Shown here piece after piece: positions 62,799-64,000 of a stretch of DNA of 64,000 bases. The stretch covers positions 1,289,992-1,353,991 of the forward strand of contig OZ244866.1 of the NCBI GenBank assembly GCA_965221185.1. Direction: 5' to 3'. The notes beneath the pieces are model-generated. The model saw nothing but the letters and a program-made list of their open reading frames with translations. It had not been told where the DNA came from and did not search any database. Made by a program: the position numbers and the translations under genes. Positions within the stretch are counted from its first letter, which is position 1. Each line of letters starts with the position of its first letter. Source of the DNA: Candidatus Aldehydirespirator sp. GTDB lineage: Bacteria; Actinomycetota; Acidimicrobiia; Acidimicrobiales; Aldehydirespiratoraceae.

Positions 62799-62908
62799 TC
62801 CCAGGTGCATCCTGCCCGGGCGAGGGCGTTGTCGATGACAGCGCGGACGCCCGCGTCGTCCAATACGTCGACCTCGATGTCCGCGTAGCGGTCCTCGTCG
62901 CTGGTCAT
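62702..62908 (-). CDS. hypothetical small acidic protein (68 aa), antitoxin-like position
   Basis: MTSDEDRYADIEVDVLDDAGVRAVIDNALARAGCTWEELQEQAKAGSFSSEIARRAWFVVSSFE. It overlaps the downstream 224-aa gene. Confidence 0.5.
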   Translation of the reverse strand: MTSDEDRYADIEVDVLDDAGVRAVIDNALARAGCTWEELQEQAKAGSFSSEIARRAWFVVSSFEPSTA

Positions 62909-63158
62909 TGTGACCCCTTGTGTCCACCCGGGAGCCATGGCTCGGCCGCGGTGCCCTGTTCGTTGCAGATGCTGTCACACATGATGCTACGAGGGTGTGA
63001 CAGTCATGATGTGATCGCCCTGAGTATGGGCTTCGAGTGCCCGATCCGGAGTCTTGTGCCAGTTGCAGCGGCTCTTGCACACATGTAGTTTCACCCTTGT
63101 AAGTCGATCGGGTTGCCGGGGCCGCCCGGCTACCCATTTCAAGCCAAGGGAGGGCCGC

Positions 63159-63470
63159 ATGGGCCAGCTGTTCGATCCGGACTCGACACCGTCGCCGACC
63201 GAGTGGCAGCCGGGCACACGCTTCGAGCGGGCCGCAGCGCTGATCGAGCGATTCGAGTTTGTCCCCGCGAAGGGAGGGGCGAGAGTCTGGTCGGACCTGT
63301 ACACCGTCCTTGGAGCCCATGCCGAGCACTATCGAAACATCGGGATCGACCACTCTGCCGAGATGCTTGAGTTGCTGGCGGCTAGGGCCCGCGGAGCGGT
63401 CCAGAGGCACCAATTCCACGGGCCGCCTCTGCCAGATACGTTGCACCACCCGCGAGAGGTGTTGTGGTGA
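63159..63470 (+). CDS. hypothetical protein (103 aa), possibly a degraded SAM-methyltransferase-like remnant
   Basis: GGGAGGG lies upstream of ATG 63159. GARVWSDLYTVLGAHAEHYRNIGIDHSAEMLELLAARA faintly recalls the class-I MTase motif I/II spacing, but the GxGxG is missing. Confidence 0.35.
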   Translation: MGQLFDPDSTPSPTEWQPGTRFERAAALIERFEFVPAKGGARVWSDLYTVLGAHAEHYRNIGIDHSAEMLELLAARARGAVQRHQFHGPPLPDTLHHPREVLW

Positions 63471-63537
63471 GGCGCATGGACCACAGACCAGGCTCAGCCA
63501 GCGGACGTGTAATCGCTAGCCCCGAGGGGAAAGACTG

Positions 63538-64000
63538 GTGAGCGCAACTTCAATACCGGCGTCGGATCAGACCCCGAATTGTTCGAAGTGTGAGCGCCCC
63601 ATGGTGAGGCGCACCGCACGGCGCGGACCGAACGCGGGCACCGAGTTCTGGGGGTGCTCTGAGTTCCCTCGATGTCGCGGCATCGTTCGGGACCTGCCGG
63701 GTGCGGAGGTTCCAGCGGAGGAGGAATCCCCGGTTGTCACTCTTGCCGATGGGACTCAGGACGCATCCGGGGAGGCCACAGACTCAGACGCCGACGGCAA
63801 GCCCGACGGGTTCCTCAGGAAAGTTGCTCGGACCATTGACAAAGGCCATCGCTGGTATCTGGAACGAGACGAGCCTGATGCCGCCGGCCGCTGGGACGAC
63901 GATCATCGGCGCAGCATGCTCCGCTACGTCTATGACCGCGACGGCGGGCGTTGCGGGCTCTGCACGGCGGAGATGAAGATCAAGGGCGCCCAGATCGAGC
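63538..64000 (+). CDS. topoisomerase-type zinc-finger plus HNH-like endonuclease protein (partial, runs off the window)
   Basis: Not in the ORF track because there is no stop. From GTG 63538 my translation is VSATSIPASDQTPNCSKCERPMVRRTARRGPNAGTEFWGCSEFPRCRG, a zf-C4_Topoisom pattern. Later comes YVYDRDGGRCGLCTAEMKIKGAQIE, which looks like the start of an HNH motif. Confidence 0.6.
   Translation, partial: MSATSIPASDQTPNCSKCERPMVRRTARRGPNAGTEFWGCSEFPRCRGIVRDLPGAEVPAEEESPVVTLADGTQDASGEATDSDADGKPDGFLRKVARTIDKGHRWYLERDEPDAAGRWDDDHRRSMLRYVYDRDGGRCGLCTAEMKIKGAQIE

Noticed and set aside
1-64000. rRNA, tRNA and CRISPR arrays
   Set aside because: Scanning by eye for T-arm-like GGTTCGA(A/G)TCC contexts, rRNA-like conserved blocks and spaced short repeats found nothing convincing. 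A tRNAscan/Infernal run would be needed to be certain.

Overview
This is a high-GC window that looks actinobacterial: it has an Lsr2-type domain, a PIG-L/MshB-like deacetylase, SLH domains and ISL3/IS1182/IS481/IS3/IS256 elements. It is rich in accessory DNA and gene fragments. All calls come from reading the sequence and ORF track by eye. No searches were run, so family names are motif-based and repeat identities are approximate.

Layout:
- 0-2.2 kb: divergent sugar ABC genes.
- 2.4-23.3 kb: a decaying defence island. It holds a truncated SDR, an IS256 remnant and an N-terminally truncated OLD/DUF4435-like ATPase. An ISL3 element follows, whose transposase is split by a Tn554-like element (two tyrosine recombinases plus a small protein).
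- The island ends in one long minus-strand block: C5-MTase, DrmA-like helicase, DrmB-like DUF1998 and DrmC-like PLD (a DISARM class-2-like core).
- Next to that core is a translationally coupled operon. It encodes a MORC-type GHKL/histidine-kinase hybrid, a REC protein with an unknown ~330-aa C-terminal domain, and a 217-aa unknown protein. This is my top candidate for an undescribed (Detocs-like) defensive two-component module.
- The REC gene is split by an IS1182-family element at a CTAG. Excising it in silico restores one 429-codon ORF.
- 25.4-31.5 kb: a 2019-aa alpha-2-macroglobulin lipoprotein that lacks the thioester Cys.
- The last 1194 bp of that region recur at 39.3-40.5 kb. The two copies bracket VapBC, an ERCC4-Lsr2 fusion, an IS481 wreck and an acetoin-dehydrogenase-like operon.
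- 40.5-43.2 kb: a lower-GC animal-type haem peroxidase with SLH anchors.
- 48.5-49.1 kb: an AhpD-like gene with an in-frame TGA at the second Cys of CxxC, followed by an fdhF-like SECIS hairpin (selenoprotein candidate).
- 49.8-64 kb: gene fragments, an IS3 element with a GGGAAAA frameshift site, a 4 x 66-bp coding tandem repeat, and several toxin-antitoxin-like pairs.
- No rRNA, tRNA or CRISPR array was found.
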